Positions 16,978 to 26,452 of a stretch of 63,319 nt of DNA are shown one piece after another. Within the stretch, counting starts at the first letter, position 1. Each line of letters begins with the position of its first letter. Location: the IMG/VR virus record IMGVR_UViG_3300044833_000023, positions 1 through 63,319 of that record, one strand, 5' to 3'. The stretch comes from a virus. Taxonomy: Duplodnaviria; Caudoviricetes. The notes beneath the pieces were generated by a model, which did not search any database, was not told the DNA's origin, and saw only the letters and a list, made by a program, of their open reading frames with translations. Both the position numbers and the translations under genes were made by a program.

Positions 16978-18119
16978 TATTCTTCGTCGTCCGCGGCGTC
17001 AGCGGGGCTTGAAGGAATAGACGCCTGGGCATCGAGAGCACTCTTAGATGCTTCGGACTTCTTTGTCGCCCTCAACACGCGCGTCTGACCCTTCTCGTCC
17101 ACAAAATACTGATCGAAGGGTTGATTGGGCTTGACGACCTGATCGAACGGCTTGCCGTTGAAGGCCGCTTGTGGAACCGGGTTGACTTGCGACATGCCCG
17201 GCGTCTTCGCGATGCCTGCGGCGGACTGCGGATTGAGGCCCATGCTCGTCAGATGCTTGTCCTGCACCGCCGAGACCAACGCCTGGTGGTCCGCCTGCGC
17301 CTTGGCTATCGCGGGCGCGTTGCCGTCCTTGATGGTCTGTTCGAGAGCTTTCTCACTGGCCTTGATGTTCGGATCGTTCTGCGCCAGCCGCATCGCATCC
17401 TGATAAAGCTGTTGTGGCGGCTTGTTCCACGCGCCCTTGTTGCCGCCATTGGCCTTGAGATTTTGGAGGTTCATCTTCGCCGTTTCCAGCTTGACCTGCG
17501 CGAGCGAAGTCGTGGCGCTATCGTCTCCGGCCTTCTGCTTCGCCTGGATCAACTTGAGCATCTGATCGACGCGCTTCTCGTCGCCCTTGGTCCCGCCCTC
17601 GATCGTGGAACCAGCGGAGCCCGCGAACGCCGCGAGGCCGGGCTTATTCCAGTTGTCGCCGACGGACTTGAGGCCAGCGCCGAGCTTGTTCTTCATGCTG
17701 GTTTCGTCGGAGGAATTCATGCCGAACGCGCGGCCGAGTATCCCGCGCGCCTGACCGGGGTTCGCTGCGGCGGCTGCGGGGGCTCCTGCTGCGCTGCTGT
17801 CCGGCGGCGCCAGCGACATCGGAGGGCCGGCGTTGGGCGTGACGGTCTGCGTCTGCGTGTCGTTCATCGCCATCGGCGGACCGCCAGCGGTCGGCGTTGC
17901 GTTGGGTGGAATGTCGGCCTGCTGTGGCGGCGGCTGCATCACGGGCGGCGAGGATTGGATCGGCGGCTGCGGCGGCATCGGGGCGGGCGGCGGCTGTTGA
18001 GCGGGCGGCGCCATCTGCGGCTGCTGTTGAGCGGTTCCCGAAGCCTGCATCGTCGCGGCCTCCGGGCTCTGCGAGCCGATGGTGCTGCCGAGATCGGTCA
18101 GCCAATCGAGAAGTCCCAT
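16977..18119 (-). CDS. Putative DNA ejection (internal virion) protein
   Basis: Q/P/A/G-rich, helical; sits between the pilot-like gene and the giant gene, as in podovirus ejection clusters. Confidence 0.65.
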   Translation of the reverse strand: MGLLDWLTDLGSTIGSQSPEAATMQASGTAQQQPQMAPPAQQPPPAPMPPQPPIQSSPPVMQPPPQQADIPPNATPTAGGPPMAMNDTQTQTVTPNAGPPMSLAPPDSSAAGAPAAAAANPGQARGILGRAFGMNSSDETSMKNKLGAGLKSVGDNWNKPGLAAFAGSAGSTIEGGTKGDEKRVDQMLKLIQAKQKAGDDSATTSLAQVKLETAKMNLQNLKANGGNKGAWNKPPQQLYQDAMRLAQNDPNIKASEKALEQTIKDGNAPAIAKAQADHQALVSAVQDKHLTSMGLNPQSAAGIAKTPGMSQVNPVPQAAFNGKPFDQVVKPNQPFDQYFVDEKGQTRVLRATKKSEASKSALDAQASIPSSPADAADDEE

Positions 18120-18133
18120 TTAATCAGTCCCCT

Positions 18134-19279
18134 TTAGACCAAAGCGCCGAACAACGAGCCCGCGAGCGCGAGCCCTGAATTGTTCGGCTGCTGCGTCGAA
18201 GACACCCCGCTGCTCGTGCCCGTGCTCTGGCTTGTGCCGGTGGCCGCCGAGTTGCTGGCGGAATTGGTGTTGCTCGTTCCGGTATTCGACGTGTTGCCGG
18301 TGTTCTGGCCGGCGCTGGTCCCGACCGTGTTCGTGGTCGCGGGCATCGCGCTTGCGGCTTGGCCGATCGTGGAGTTGACAAGACCTGCCGTCTGGAACGG
18401 GTACTGCTGCGCCATCAGCCATTGATTGTACTGGGCCGTCAGATTGGCCTGTGAGGTCGCCGTGTTCTGCGCGTTGAGGGCGTTGGCCGCACCCTGCGTT
18501 CCCATTTGCTGGGTCTGGAGACCTTCGAGAGCGTTGGCGCCGCCGAGCGACCGACCGAGTGCTGTCTCGGCAAGGTTGGCGTTGGTGGCCTGCGTCGAGT
18601 TCTGGTTCGCGACGTCCTGCGCTCCGGCGCCGATCGCGGTGTTGAATGCCGAATTGTAGGCGTTGCCGATCACGCCCTCGCGCTGGACGTTCTGGTTGAA
18701 AGCGTTGTTGGCCTGCTGGATGCCGGTGCGGGCATCGCCGAAGGCTCCCGAGCCCGTCGCCATCGCGTCCGTGGCCTGATTGGTCGCGGCGTTGGCGTTG
18801 TTCATCTGCTGAAGCTGCGGCGCCAGCGCCTGCATGACGTACTGGTTCATGTAGGGCGACATCTGCGACGAGATGGTGTTCGTGCCTACCTGCTGCGCGG
18901 GCGCGCCAGCGTAGTTGTCGATCATCCCGGTCGCGGTTTGGCCGGTGCCGTTATTGGCAATGCCAGTCGCGGTGTTGATGGTGCCCTGCTGGCCCGGCGA
19001 GAGATTGGCGACCTGCTGGCCGGTGTAGCCTTGGAAGCCGTTGGCTTGCAGTTGCTGGACCGAATTCAGGTTGCCGAGCGCGGCCGACGCAATAGCCGGG
19101 TTCGCGGTGGCGCTGGTCTGTCCTGCGGTCGCGTTGGCGGTGGTGCCGAGGCTCGTTCCAAGCGTCGATTGGTTGGTCGCGCTGTTGCCCGTGGTCGACT
19201 GATTGGCGGTCGTGCTTCCGCTGTTGTTGGTCGCGCCGATCGTATTGGTCTGGGCGGTCTGGCTCATTCCAAAGCACAT
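18134..19279 (-). CDS. Putative DNA ejection/pilot protein
   Basis: MCFG start, Q/N/T/A-rich, SPYMNQY and GAFGDAR motifs seen in podovirus pilot proteins. Confidence 0.7.
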   Translation of the reverse strand: MCFGMSQTAQTNTIGATNNSGSTTANQSTTGNSATNQSTLGTSLGTTANATAGQTSATANPAIASAALGNLNSVQQLQANGFQGYTGQQVANLSPGQQGTINTATGIANNGTGQTATGMIDNYAGAPAQQVGTNTISSQMSPYMNQYVMQALAPQLQQMNNANAATNQATDAMATGSGAFGDARTGIQQANNAFNQNVQREGVIGNAYNSAFNTAIGAGAQDVANQNSTQATNANLAETALGRSLGGANALEGLQTQQMGTQGAANALNAQNTATSQANLTAQYNQWLMAQQYPFQTAGLVNSTIGQAASAMPATTNTVGTSAGQNTGNTSNTGTSNTNSASNSAATGTSQSTGTSSGVSSTQQPNNSGLALAGSLFGALV

Positions 19280-19283
19280 CGAT

Positions 19284-19790
19284 TTAGCTTCCTTCGTAGG
19301 CGCGCGGCATCATGCGCGCGACGCCGTTTCGGGCCGGCCGGATTTTGCCCTGATGGATGAACTCGATGCCGGCGAGGCCAGCGATGGCCTTCGCCTCGTC
19401 CATGAGAGCGGATGCGGTCGGGGTGTTGATGAAAGCCGGAAGGACGAAGTGCCAGCGGTCGGTCAGGAATTCGCCGTCGCCGTACCACCACTCGGGCTTG
19501 ATGAGGCCCATGGTGCCGACGAGGACGTCGCCGTGCATCACCATGATCGCGACTTCATGCTTGGCGACGCGGATGATCTCGGTAAGGCTCTTGATGGCGT
19601 CGACCTGGCAGCGCATGGCGGGCTGCGCGACGATCAACAGAAAGCGATGGATGGCGATCAGGTCGTCGTCGGTCGAGGCGTAGCGGATGCTGATTTCGCT
19701 AAGTGGAGCGGTTTGAACCGCCTCGTTTACAATCGTCGATGAAGGTTGCGAGGAACGCGACCGCGTTCGCGAGCGTCGGCGCCGTGACAT
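19284..19790 (-). CDS. GNAT-like virion-assembly protein (start codon uncertain)
   Basis: IRYASTDDD..VGTMGL..WWY..FVLPAF pattern; position between tail tube and ejection genes. Confidence 0.55.
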   Translation of the reverse strand: MSRRRRSRTRSRSSQPSSTIVNEAVQTAPLSEISIRYASTDDDLIAIHRFLLIVAQPAMRCQVDAIKSLTEIIRVAKHEVAIMVMHGDVLVGTMGLIKPEWWYGDGEFLTDRWHFVLPAFINTPTASALMDEAKAIAGLAGIEFIHQGKIRPARNGVARMMPRAYEGS

Positions 19791-19947
19791 TGAGCGTCCT
19801 TGTCTGGGTGTAAGTGCCGGAAACGGTGAAGGCGTTGGCGATGTCGAGAAGATCGACTTCGGCGGAGGCGAGTTCGATGGCCTGCAACGCGGAGCGGATG
19901 GCCGGGTCTTGGACGAACCCGAGCCCGGTTAGATTGACGCGCCTCAT
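19699..19947 (-). CDS. Small tail-region hypothetical protein
   Basis: ATGA-coupled to the upstream gene; normal composition. Confidence 0.6.
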   Translation of the reverse strand: MRRVNLTGLGFVQDPAIRSALQAIELASAEVDLLDIANAFTVSGTYTQTRTLNVTAPTLANAVAFLATFIDDCKRGGSNRST

Positions 19948-21746
19948 GAGCGGTTGCCGCTGTCTTGTATCCACGCCACGGGCTTGCCCCAGCGGAAGTA
20001 GCTGCCGAGCGAGGCGCAGGATGCGACCATGCCGATGTACCGGCCGGAAACTCTCATATCGATGGTGCCGCTATCGAGCGGCGTGACGATCTCGGTCTCG
20101 CTGTCCTCCTGGGCGGAGTCATTGAGCCGGTCAAAGGTGTTGAGCGTCAGCGAGATGTTGCCGATCTGTCCCAAGAAATCCGCGACGACATACTGCACGT
20201 CGAAATGACTACCGCCCTCGTTCAGAGCGTAAGGCGCCAGCGTGATGCTCCACGGCAGGATCGCGCCGTTGTCGTCGAGGCCGTTTTCGTGCTGGTAGAT
20301 GAAACCGTCGGTGCCGCCCATGTATGGACGGGTGTCGCCTTGGGTGAAGTGCGTCCCCGAGGTCCGGCCGAAGTTGAGCGGAGCCCAGCACTGGTTCTCG
20401 ATCGAATAGACCACGCCCAGCGTCGGGTTGGTCTGTCCGATGACGGTGTAGAAGAACCAGACTTCATTGTGCTGCGGGCTAAAGACCGCCGAGCACTGGT
20501 AGCCGTAGTCGGTCTTCAGGTTGTCGAAGACGTATTTGCGGATGTCCTCGACGTTCGGGATCGGCTGGACCGAGCCGTTGTACATCCAGAAGGTGTCTTG
20601 GCCCATCCAATAGGCTACGCCGCCGGCTGTGACCGCAGCGCCTGGCGCGATCAGCCCGCAGTCCTTCGAGATCATGCTCGAATTGTAGACGAAGGTTGAG
20701 CCGGTATATTGAAAGCGATAGAGCGCGGCATCGGTCCACACCAGCGTCACGAAGTCGGACAGCACGCGACCGGCAACCAGCTTGGTGCCTTCGGTCAGGG
20801 TACGGATGTTCGCGGTGTTCGCGGTGGCTGGCGTCCATACCGTGATGTCGCCCTGCGTACACCACGCGATCTGCATGTTGTCGAGCAGCGCGAAGATGAA
20901 GCGCTCCGGCGTCACCAGGGCGAACCGGCAATTGATCGGGAGCCCGGCGTCGGCCGAGATCAGCGTCGCCCTGCCCCATGGCTGCGCCGCGGTCGGGTCG
21001 AATTGATAGATCGAACCGCCATTGTAGGAGGCGATCAGCAGCTTGCCGAAATGATCCAGCGACCAGATGCGGGGCTCGATGAAGATGGTGGACGCGGTTC
21101 GCGCCGTGCCCCAGGTGCCGAGACCCCAACCACCAACGCCCCAGCCCAATCCGTAGACACCGATCTCAACGCCGACCGGGATTTCGTAGAAGAATTGAAT
21201 GGGAGCGGAGCCGCCACCGCCGGTGACGGTCGACGTCGCGTTCGAGGTAAAGACATAGGTGTAATGGTTGGCGTCGATGACGGTATTGACAACCGTCCCG
21301 CCCGGCATGGAGGGCGTGATGCCACCGATCGCGGTTGCGTTGAAAAGATAGATGAAGTCGCCGACATTGAGGCCATGCAGCGTGTGGTTGACGGTGACGA
21401 CCGGGCTTCCGCTGACGACCGAGAGCGGGTTGGCCCCGAGCGATCCGAGGGCTCGGTACGGGGTGATGTCGTTCTGTATCCAGCTTGAGTCGTAGGCATA
21501 GAGTTTTCGGTAGGTGCCGGCCGCCAGATAGTTGTTCTGCACGTTGTCGCGCCACGCATGGCTTGTGCGCGGCGTGCCGGAGGTAGGAGTAACTACCGAG
21601 CGGACATTGCCTCCGAGCTTCTGTGGCCGCCCCTTCACGAAGCGGACGTTGTTCGAGGCTATCCAGCGGCCTTCAGAGGCGCGCCCGGACTCGGTGAGCA
21701 CCACGCCCGGCGGAGGCGCGATCGGCAGCGGCGTCAGTGCCGACAC
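19944..21746 (-). CDS. Tail tube/stabilization protein (P22 gp10-like beta-propeller)
   Basis: 600 aa, GWGVGGWGLGTWG, WSLDHFG, CGLIAPGA..YWMG, EVWFFY motifs; position after the tail fibre. Confidence 0.75.
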   Translation of the reverse strand: MSALTPLPIAPPPGVVLTESGRASEGRWIASNNVRFVKGRPQKLGGNVRSVVTPTSGTPRTSHAWRDNVQNNYLAAGTYRKLYAYDSSWIQNDITPYRALGSLGANPLSVVSGSPVVTVNHTLHGLNVGDFIYLFNATAIGGITPSMPGGTVVNTVIDANHYTYVFTSNATSTVTGGGGSAPIQFFYEIPVGVEIGVYGLGWGVGGWGLGTWGTARTASTIFIEPRIWSLDHFGKLLIASYNGGSIYQFDPTAAQPWGRATLISADAGLPINCRFALVTPERFIFALLDNMQIAWCTQGDITVWTPATANTANIRTLTEGTKLVAGRVLSDFVTLVWTDAALYRFQYTGSTFVYNSSMISKDCGLIAPGAAVTAGGVAYWMGQDTFWMYNGSVQPIPNVEDIRKYVFDNLKTDYGYQCSAVFSPQHNEVWFFYTVIGQTNPTLGVVYSIENQCWAPLNFGRTSGTHFTQGDTRPYMGGTDGFIYQHENGLDDNGAILPWSITLAPYALNEGGSHFDVQYVVADFLGQIGNISLTLNTFDRLNDSAQEDSETEIVTPLDSGTIDMRVSGRYIGMVASCASLGSYFRWGKPVAWIQDSGNRS

Positions 21747-21749
21747 AGA

Positions 21750-23015
21750 TCAGTACCGGATGCACAGGACGGCGACGATGCTTTCCGGCCTCGCCTCGGT
21801 GCCGTCGGCGGAGCCGGTGCTGGTCGTGAATGAATAGTTGTGGAGGTGATCGACGTTGGTGACCGACGTCGTGAACGAATAGCTGTGGTTGTGGTCGACC
21901 GAAGCGCCGCCGGTGGTGAACGAGTAGGTATGAGTGTGAAGGGCGCTCTCCGTCCCCGTCGTCATCGTATGGGTGTGATCTACGTTGTCGGTCGACGTCG
22001 TGAACGAGTACGTGTGCGTGTGATCGGTGTTGGTGGCGTCCGTACTTGGTTTCGGAGAGCCGAATGTACTGCTGCCGCCGCCGCTCGCCGACGTTGGGAA
22101 CGTCGCGCCGCCGCCGAATACGGGGATATTTTCCGTGTGGGTATGGCTCGCGTTCGCACTCATGGCGCTGGTGGTGCCGCTGCCGGTGTGCGTGTGGAAG
22201 GTGCTGACGCCGGAGGTCGTGCCGAAATGGGTGTGCGCCACGCTTTCGGTTGCCGTGGTGCCCGATCCGGTATGGGTATGGTCGACGCTTGCGCCCGATG
22301 TTGAGCCGCTTCCCGTGTGGGAATGGTTGCTGTTAGCACTCATCGAGCCGGTGTTGCCGGAACCCGTGTGGGTATGAGACTTGTTCTGGTTCGACTGGGA
22401 GGTGCCGGATGGAACTGATCCGGTACGCCCGCGCAGGTAACGCCCGGTATCGGTGGTGGGGGGAAGCCCGAAGGTGGTGAAGCCGTCACCGGCACCCCAT
22501 ACAGTGCCGATCGCGGCGAACAGGTCGACCGCGCTGGCGCGCAAAGCCGTCCCGCCGTTGCATTCGATCGCACCGAAGGGCGCGACAGCCCCGCCAGAGA
22601 AGAACAATTCCCCGACCTCGTGACGGTCCTGTCGGAACAGGTTGTTGGTGCCGTCGGAGAAAATGTCCACGAACTTGCCGGCCGGCGCGTTGACGGGGGC
22701 GCCTCCGGCGGTCTTGACCAGCACAAAGAAAGCGCCGGAGCAGTTGTTGATGAAGGTCCACTTCTTTGTGGTGGCGGGAACGACAATGGTCTGGTCGGCG
22801 GTCAGGGCGCCTGAGATGGCGATCATGGCAGAGCGGGCCTGCGCGGCGGACAAGGTTACGCTGCCGCCGGTCACGGCAACGCTGGTGACGCCAGCGATAG
22901 CGTTCTCGACCGGCGTAAGGATGCTGTTGTTGAAGTTGTCGCCCCAGGCGTTGTTGTCGTTCCCCGTGCCCATCACCAACAGGCCAAGGAGCGGTGTCGT
23001 GCTATCTGCCGGCAT
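21750..23015 (-). CDS. Tail fibre with collar domain and HxH metal-binding needle repeats
   Basis: Collar motif CNG..LFAAIGTVWGAGDGFTTFGLP..GRYLRG; 11 HxH motifs; C-terminal EARPESIVAVLCIRY. Confidence 0.85.
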   Translation of the reverse strand: MPADSTTPLLGLLVMGTGNDNNAWGDNFNNSILTPVENAIAGVTSVAVTGGSVTLSAAQARSAMIAISGALTADQTIVVPATTKKWTFINNCSGAFFVLVKTAGGAPVNAPAGKFVDIFSDGTNNLFRQDRHEVGELFFSGGAVAPFGAIECNGGTALRASAVDLFAAIGTVWGAGDGFTTFGLPPTTDTGRYLRGRTGSVPSGTSQSNQNKSHTHTGSGNTGSMSANSNHSHTGSGSTSGASVDHTHTGSGTTATESVAHTHFGTTSGVSTFHTHTGSGTTSAMSANASHTHTENIPVFGGGATFPTSASGGGSSTFGSPKPSTDATNTDHTHTYSFTTSTDNVDHTHTMTTGTESALHTHTYSFTTGGASVDHNHSYSFTTSVTNVDHLHNYSFTTSTGSADGTEARPESIVAVLCIRY

Positions 23016-23906
23016 TTACGGGGTGTCCAATGTGATGTCGGCGCCGCGGTAAAGCAGGTCTTGCTCGACCGCGATCGACTGGATGAGGTTCGTCATGGCA
23101 CCGACGCTCTTGGAATACTCGGTGTCGTCCTTCATGAAGTCGGCCGCTGCGGCTTGGGTCGCGACGCGGACCAGCTTCGGGTAGCGGAGAGTGAGGAAAT
23201 TCGATGGGTTGGTCGCCGAGAGCAGCGCGGGCGCGCGGTAATAAAGCTGCTTGTAGGCTTTGGCGACATCGTGCGCGGTGTCGAAATGGACCGCCTCGCT
23301 CCAGATCGACCATCGCGAAGGTGTACTCGCAACCAGATTGTTCGCGGTGTAGGTCGGCGTTCCCCCGCCAGTGACGGCCGTGAGTGCGGCCGTATCCACG
23401 GTGTCGATCGTGAAGTTGTTGGCATCGACGACGGCGGAGACCGGGAACGTGCCATTGAGCGTGAACACGTCGACCAGCGTTGCGCCCGCGATGGTGATGG
23501 TCGAGCCCTGATTGATGCCGTGCGCGGTCTTGAGCACGTTGACGGTCGAGAGGCCGATCGCGGTCGTGAAGGGGTTGGCCGCGAAGGTTCCCGCGATCGT
23601 GTTGTCGTAATTGCGCGCCGCGAAAATATCGCTTTCGAGCTTGTGGCCGAGCCACATCCCGTCGGTGACATTGTAAAGCCGCCCCATCGGATCGAGGAAG
23701 CGAGCCGGCAGGGCGACCGAGCACTGGCCCACGGCCGCGCCGTAGGTCCACGATGTCCGCATTTCCCGGCAACGCAGCACCGAATAGATGAGCGACTGCG
23801 CTTCATCGAGGATCGTTCCGATATCGAGCTTGCCGTAGCCGACCCAATTGGCGATCGACCCTGGCGACCCTTTCGAGGCCGTCAGGGTCGCGTGGGTCAT
23901 CGGCAT
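23016..23906 (-). CDS. Head-tail adaptor (tubular A/gp4-like) with an inserted beta domain
   Basis: ILDEAQ..LRCREM..LPARFL at the N-terminus and YYRAPALLS..NFLTLRYPKL at the C-terminus. Confidence 0.7.
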   Translation of the reverse strand: MPMTHATLTASKGSPGSIANWVGYGKLDIGTILDEAQSLIYSVLRCREMRTSWTYGAAVGQCSVALPARFLDPMGRLYNVTDGMWLGHKLESDIFAARNYDNTIAGTFAANPFTTAIGLSTVNVLKTAHGINQGSTITIAGATLVDVFTLNGTFPVSAVVDANNFTIDTVDTAALTAVTGGGTPTYTANNLVASTPSRWSIWSEAVHFDTAHDVAKAYKQLYYRAPALLSATNPSNFLTLRYPKLVRVATQAAAADFMKDDTEYSKSVGAMTNLIQSIAVEQDLLYRGADITLDTP

Positions 23907-24403
23907 CAGGCGGTGGCCTTTTTGATGATTTCCTTGAACTCCGCGCAGAGACGCTCAACCGGAACGACTTTCTGCTCGATGACCAAGAACACGACCGCGT
24001 TGTCGATGCTGTTGATGCCGCGCTTCTGGTAGCGATCGGCGATGGTGGCGCGGATTTTGGCGAAGATGTACTTGACGTCTCCGGTCAGCCACATCTCCAG
24101 ATTGACGTCGCTATCGTTGTCGTCTTCATCGTCGTCGACGTCCTGCGGGGTGTGGTCGCCGTCGTCATCAGTCTCGACAACCGCGACAACCTGTTTCTTT
24201 TGGCGTGAGAGCTTCTTGGCCGCCAGAGCCTTGAGACGCTCGTCGTTCTCGATCATCTCGGTCAGCAACAGCCGGCCGGCGTCGAAGGGGAGTCCATCCT
24301 GATAGAAATGGACGTGCTGAAGGGGATCGCCTGGGGGGCGCTCTCCATGGACGGTAGAAAAGTATTTGCTACCGTCCATTCGCAGTTGCGGACCGGACTG
24401 CAT
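23906..24403 (-). CDS. Hypothetical protein (head module)
   Basis: Translationally coupled ORF with normal composition. Confidence 0.65.
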   Translation of the reverse strand: MQSGPQLRMDGSKYFSTVHGERPPGDPLQHVHFYQDGLPFDAGRLLLTEMIENDERLKALAAKKLSRQKKQVVAVVETDDDGDHTPQDVDDDEDDNDSDVNLEMWLTGDVKYIFAKIRATIADRYQKRGINSIDNAVVFLVIEQKVVPVERLCAEFKEIIKKATA

Positions 24404-24660
24404 TACACGCCGTCCCTGTTGCCTACGTTCGGCTCTTGAACAGCCGCCGCGCCCTTGAGCGAGTGCCCGAGGTATGTGTCGCCGCCGCCCATCTTGCCGC
24501 CCGTGGTGTTGGGCATGTCGTAGCCGTGTACGTTGTCCTGCGGGTAGGCAGACTTGATGGCCTGCCCGTGCCCGACTTTGGACGTCTTGATACCGGCGGA
24601 CGGGCTATCGCCCATCGGGTTGCCGGTGAAGACGCCGCCGCTTTTGGTGCCGCTCGCCAT
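24403..24660 (-). CDS. Small Gly-rich hypothetical virion protein
   Basis: MASGTKSGG...; TAATG coupling on both sides. Confidence 0.6.
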   Translation of the reverse strand: MASGTKSGGVFTGNPMGDSPSAGIKTSKVGHGQAIKSAYPQDNVHGYDMPNTTGGKMGGGDTYLGHSLKGAAAVQEPNVGNRDGV

Positions 24661-24887
24661 TAGTAAGTTCCTTGAATGTTGAAGGGAAAAGGGCTCGGCA
24701 AGGGGGCGTAGTAATCCCCCTCTCCGCCGACGTTGGGTCGCAATGCGCTCTCGCGGCTTGCGCGTGACAGGACCGTGTAGCCGTCCTTCCCGGCGTCCCC
24801 TGTGTCCAAGGACTTCGCGTTCTCGGGCAGCGGGTTTGCGGGCGTGAGGCAATACGGCCGGATGTAGGGGTTCGGCTGTAGATGCAT
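24660..24887 (-). CDS. Small hypothetical protein
   Basis: GGGGAG RBS, MHLQPNPY..., stop coupled to the next ATG. Confidence 0.55.
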   Translation of the reverse strand: MHLQPNPYIRPYCLTPANPLPENAKSLDTGDAGKDGYTVLSRASRESALRPNVGGEGDYYAPLPSPFPFNIQGTY

Positions 24888-24900
24888 GTTCTCCCCTTTC

Positions 24901-24932
24901 AAAAGGAGATGCCCGGGTTAGACCCGGGCATC
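24901..24932 (-). terminator. Hairpin/terminator after the capsid and decoration genes
   Basis: Perfect 11-bp stem GATGCCCGGGT/ACCCGGGCATC with a 3-nt loop, followed by TCCTTTT on the minus strand. Confidence 0.65.
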
Positions 24933-24939
24933 GGGTTGC

Positions 24940-25398
24940 TCAGTACCAGTCGATCGTCACTTCGCGGCGCGCGGTGCCGGCGGGAGCGCCGCCAACACCG
25001 AGAACGCCAGAGATGAAGAACGGGGTGTCCGCGGGAAGCCGGGCGGTTTCGAGAGCGACGTGGCTCGCGAAGTCGTTCAGCGCCGGCGGCAAAGAACCCG
25101 TGGCGCCCTGCGCGATGGCGCAGAGCGAGCGGGCTCGGACCGAAACGCCGGTCAGGTAGCCGAGGATCAGCGTGGTGCCGAGGCGGAAGCGCGCGTAGGT
25201 GAAGTCCGCCTGCGCGGTGCCTACCTGCACTTCCGGTACGGTGGTGGTGCCGACCATCGAGGCGGTGACCTCCACCGCGATGTCGCGGACCAGTCCCGTT
25301 TTACCGGGCGGTCCGACGAACTTCACCGACTCGGTGGCTGCACCGAAGGCCGAAGAAGGGATGACGTAGACTTCACGCTGCGGGGTATCGTAGCTCAT
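24940..25398 (-). CDS. Putative capsid decoration/cement protein
   Basis: 152 aa beta-rich ORF directly after the major capsid gene. Confidence 0.55.
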   Translation of the reverse strand: MSYDTPQREVYVIPSSAFGAATESVKFVGPPGKTGLVRDIAVEVTASMVGTTTVPEVQVGTAQADFTYARFRLGTTLILGYLTGVSVRARSLCAIAQGATGSLPPALNDFASHVALETARLPADTPFFISGVLGVGGAPAGTARREVTIDWY

Positions 25399-25423
25399 GG
25401 CTGTTGTTCCTTTCCCTTGAGCG

Positions 25424-26413
25424 TTAGGTCTGCGAGTCCCACATCACGACGCGCGCGTTGAGCGCATCGGGATGCACGAGACCGAAACCACCGAGGTAGT
25501 ACCAGGCGATGCCGCGGGAGCGGCCGTAGTCACCGGGGATTTTCGCGCGGATTTCCTCCGGCACGCAGACCGCCTCGGTAACGGTGTCGCCGCCCATGAA
25601 CAGAGCCCACGAGGACAGCGCGTTGGACCACGGAGCAGCGGTGCCGCTCCACGGGTCGTAGGTCGTCGAGTTGCCCGCGCCGCCCTTCGGGATGAAGGTC
25701 TGCTCGATGAACCGGAACGACTCGTAGCGCCCGATCTCGCCGTTGAAGATGTGGGCAAGGCCGGTCTCCGTGTACTGGTGGACCGTTTCGAGGGTGTTCT
25801 TGAACCCGCGATAGGTGGTGGGGTGGCTGATGGAGAGGTAGTCATCCGCCACATACGGAGGGATGTTGCGCTCCTTCATGGCGTCGCCCAGCGCCTTGAC
25901 GTGGCCGGTGCCCAACGCGATGTTGTTGGGCTGCGACGCGATGCCGTTGGTGTCGAGGGTGATCGACGTCACCTGGGCCGAGCTCGCGCTCGCGCGCAGC
26001 GGCGTCGACTTCATCTGCAAGTACGCTTCTATGTCAAAATACTTGCGAGCATCGTCCTTCAGCGTCTTGTCGATGATCGACACGACTTCGTGCTTCGCCA
26101 TGTCGGTCAGCTTGCCGGTGTACGGAACGGAGTTACCCGCCTCGAACACGGTCAACTGATGCTGGATGACGGAGAAGCCGCCCTCGGGCATCGACGTCAC
26201 TTCGCCGAGCCGACGGCCCTGCGAATTGATGATGCCGTAGACGTTCCAGTTGAACTTGTCGCCGCGGTTCAGGCCCTTTTCGGAGCCGTCCTGCGCGTCG
26301 CAAAGCTGCCGGAATTTGGTGAGCGGCTGGACCTGCTGACGAAGCACGTCGGACAACTCGTCCGAGTACATGAATCCGCCTTCCGCTGGTACAGCCCAAG
26401 ACTGGCCTGCCAT
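25424..26413 (-). CDS. Major capsid protein (N4 gp56-like)
   Basis: KFRQLCD, EAGNSVPYTGKL, HP..L, NGEIGRYE.FRFIE and DYGRSRGIAWY motifs; follows the scaffold gene. Confidence 0.88.
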   Translation of the reverse strand: MAGQSWAVPAEGGFMYSDELSDVLRQQVQPLTKFRQLCDAQDGSEKGLNRGDKFNWNVYGIINSQGRRLGEVTSMPEGGFSVIQHQLTVFEAGNSVPYTGKLTDMAKHEVVSIIDKTLKDDARKYFDIEAYLQMKSTPLRASASSAQVTSITLDTNGIASQPNNIALGTGHVKALGDAMKERNIPPYVADDYLSISHPTTYRGFKNTLETVHQYTETGLAHIFNGEIGRYESFRFIEQTFIPKGGAGNSTTYDPWSGTAAPWSNALSSWALFMGGDTVTEAVCVPEEIRAKIPGDYGRSRGIAWYYLGGFGLVHPDALNARVVMWDSQT

Positions 26414-26452
26414 TTTCGGTATTCCTTATGGTGATGTGTGGGAGAGGTCGCT

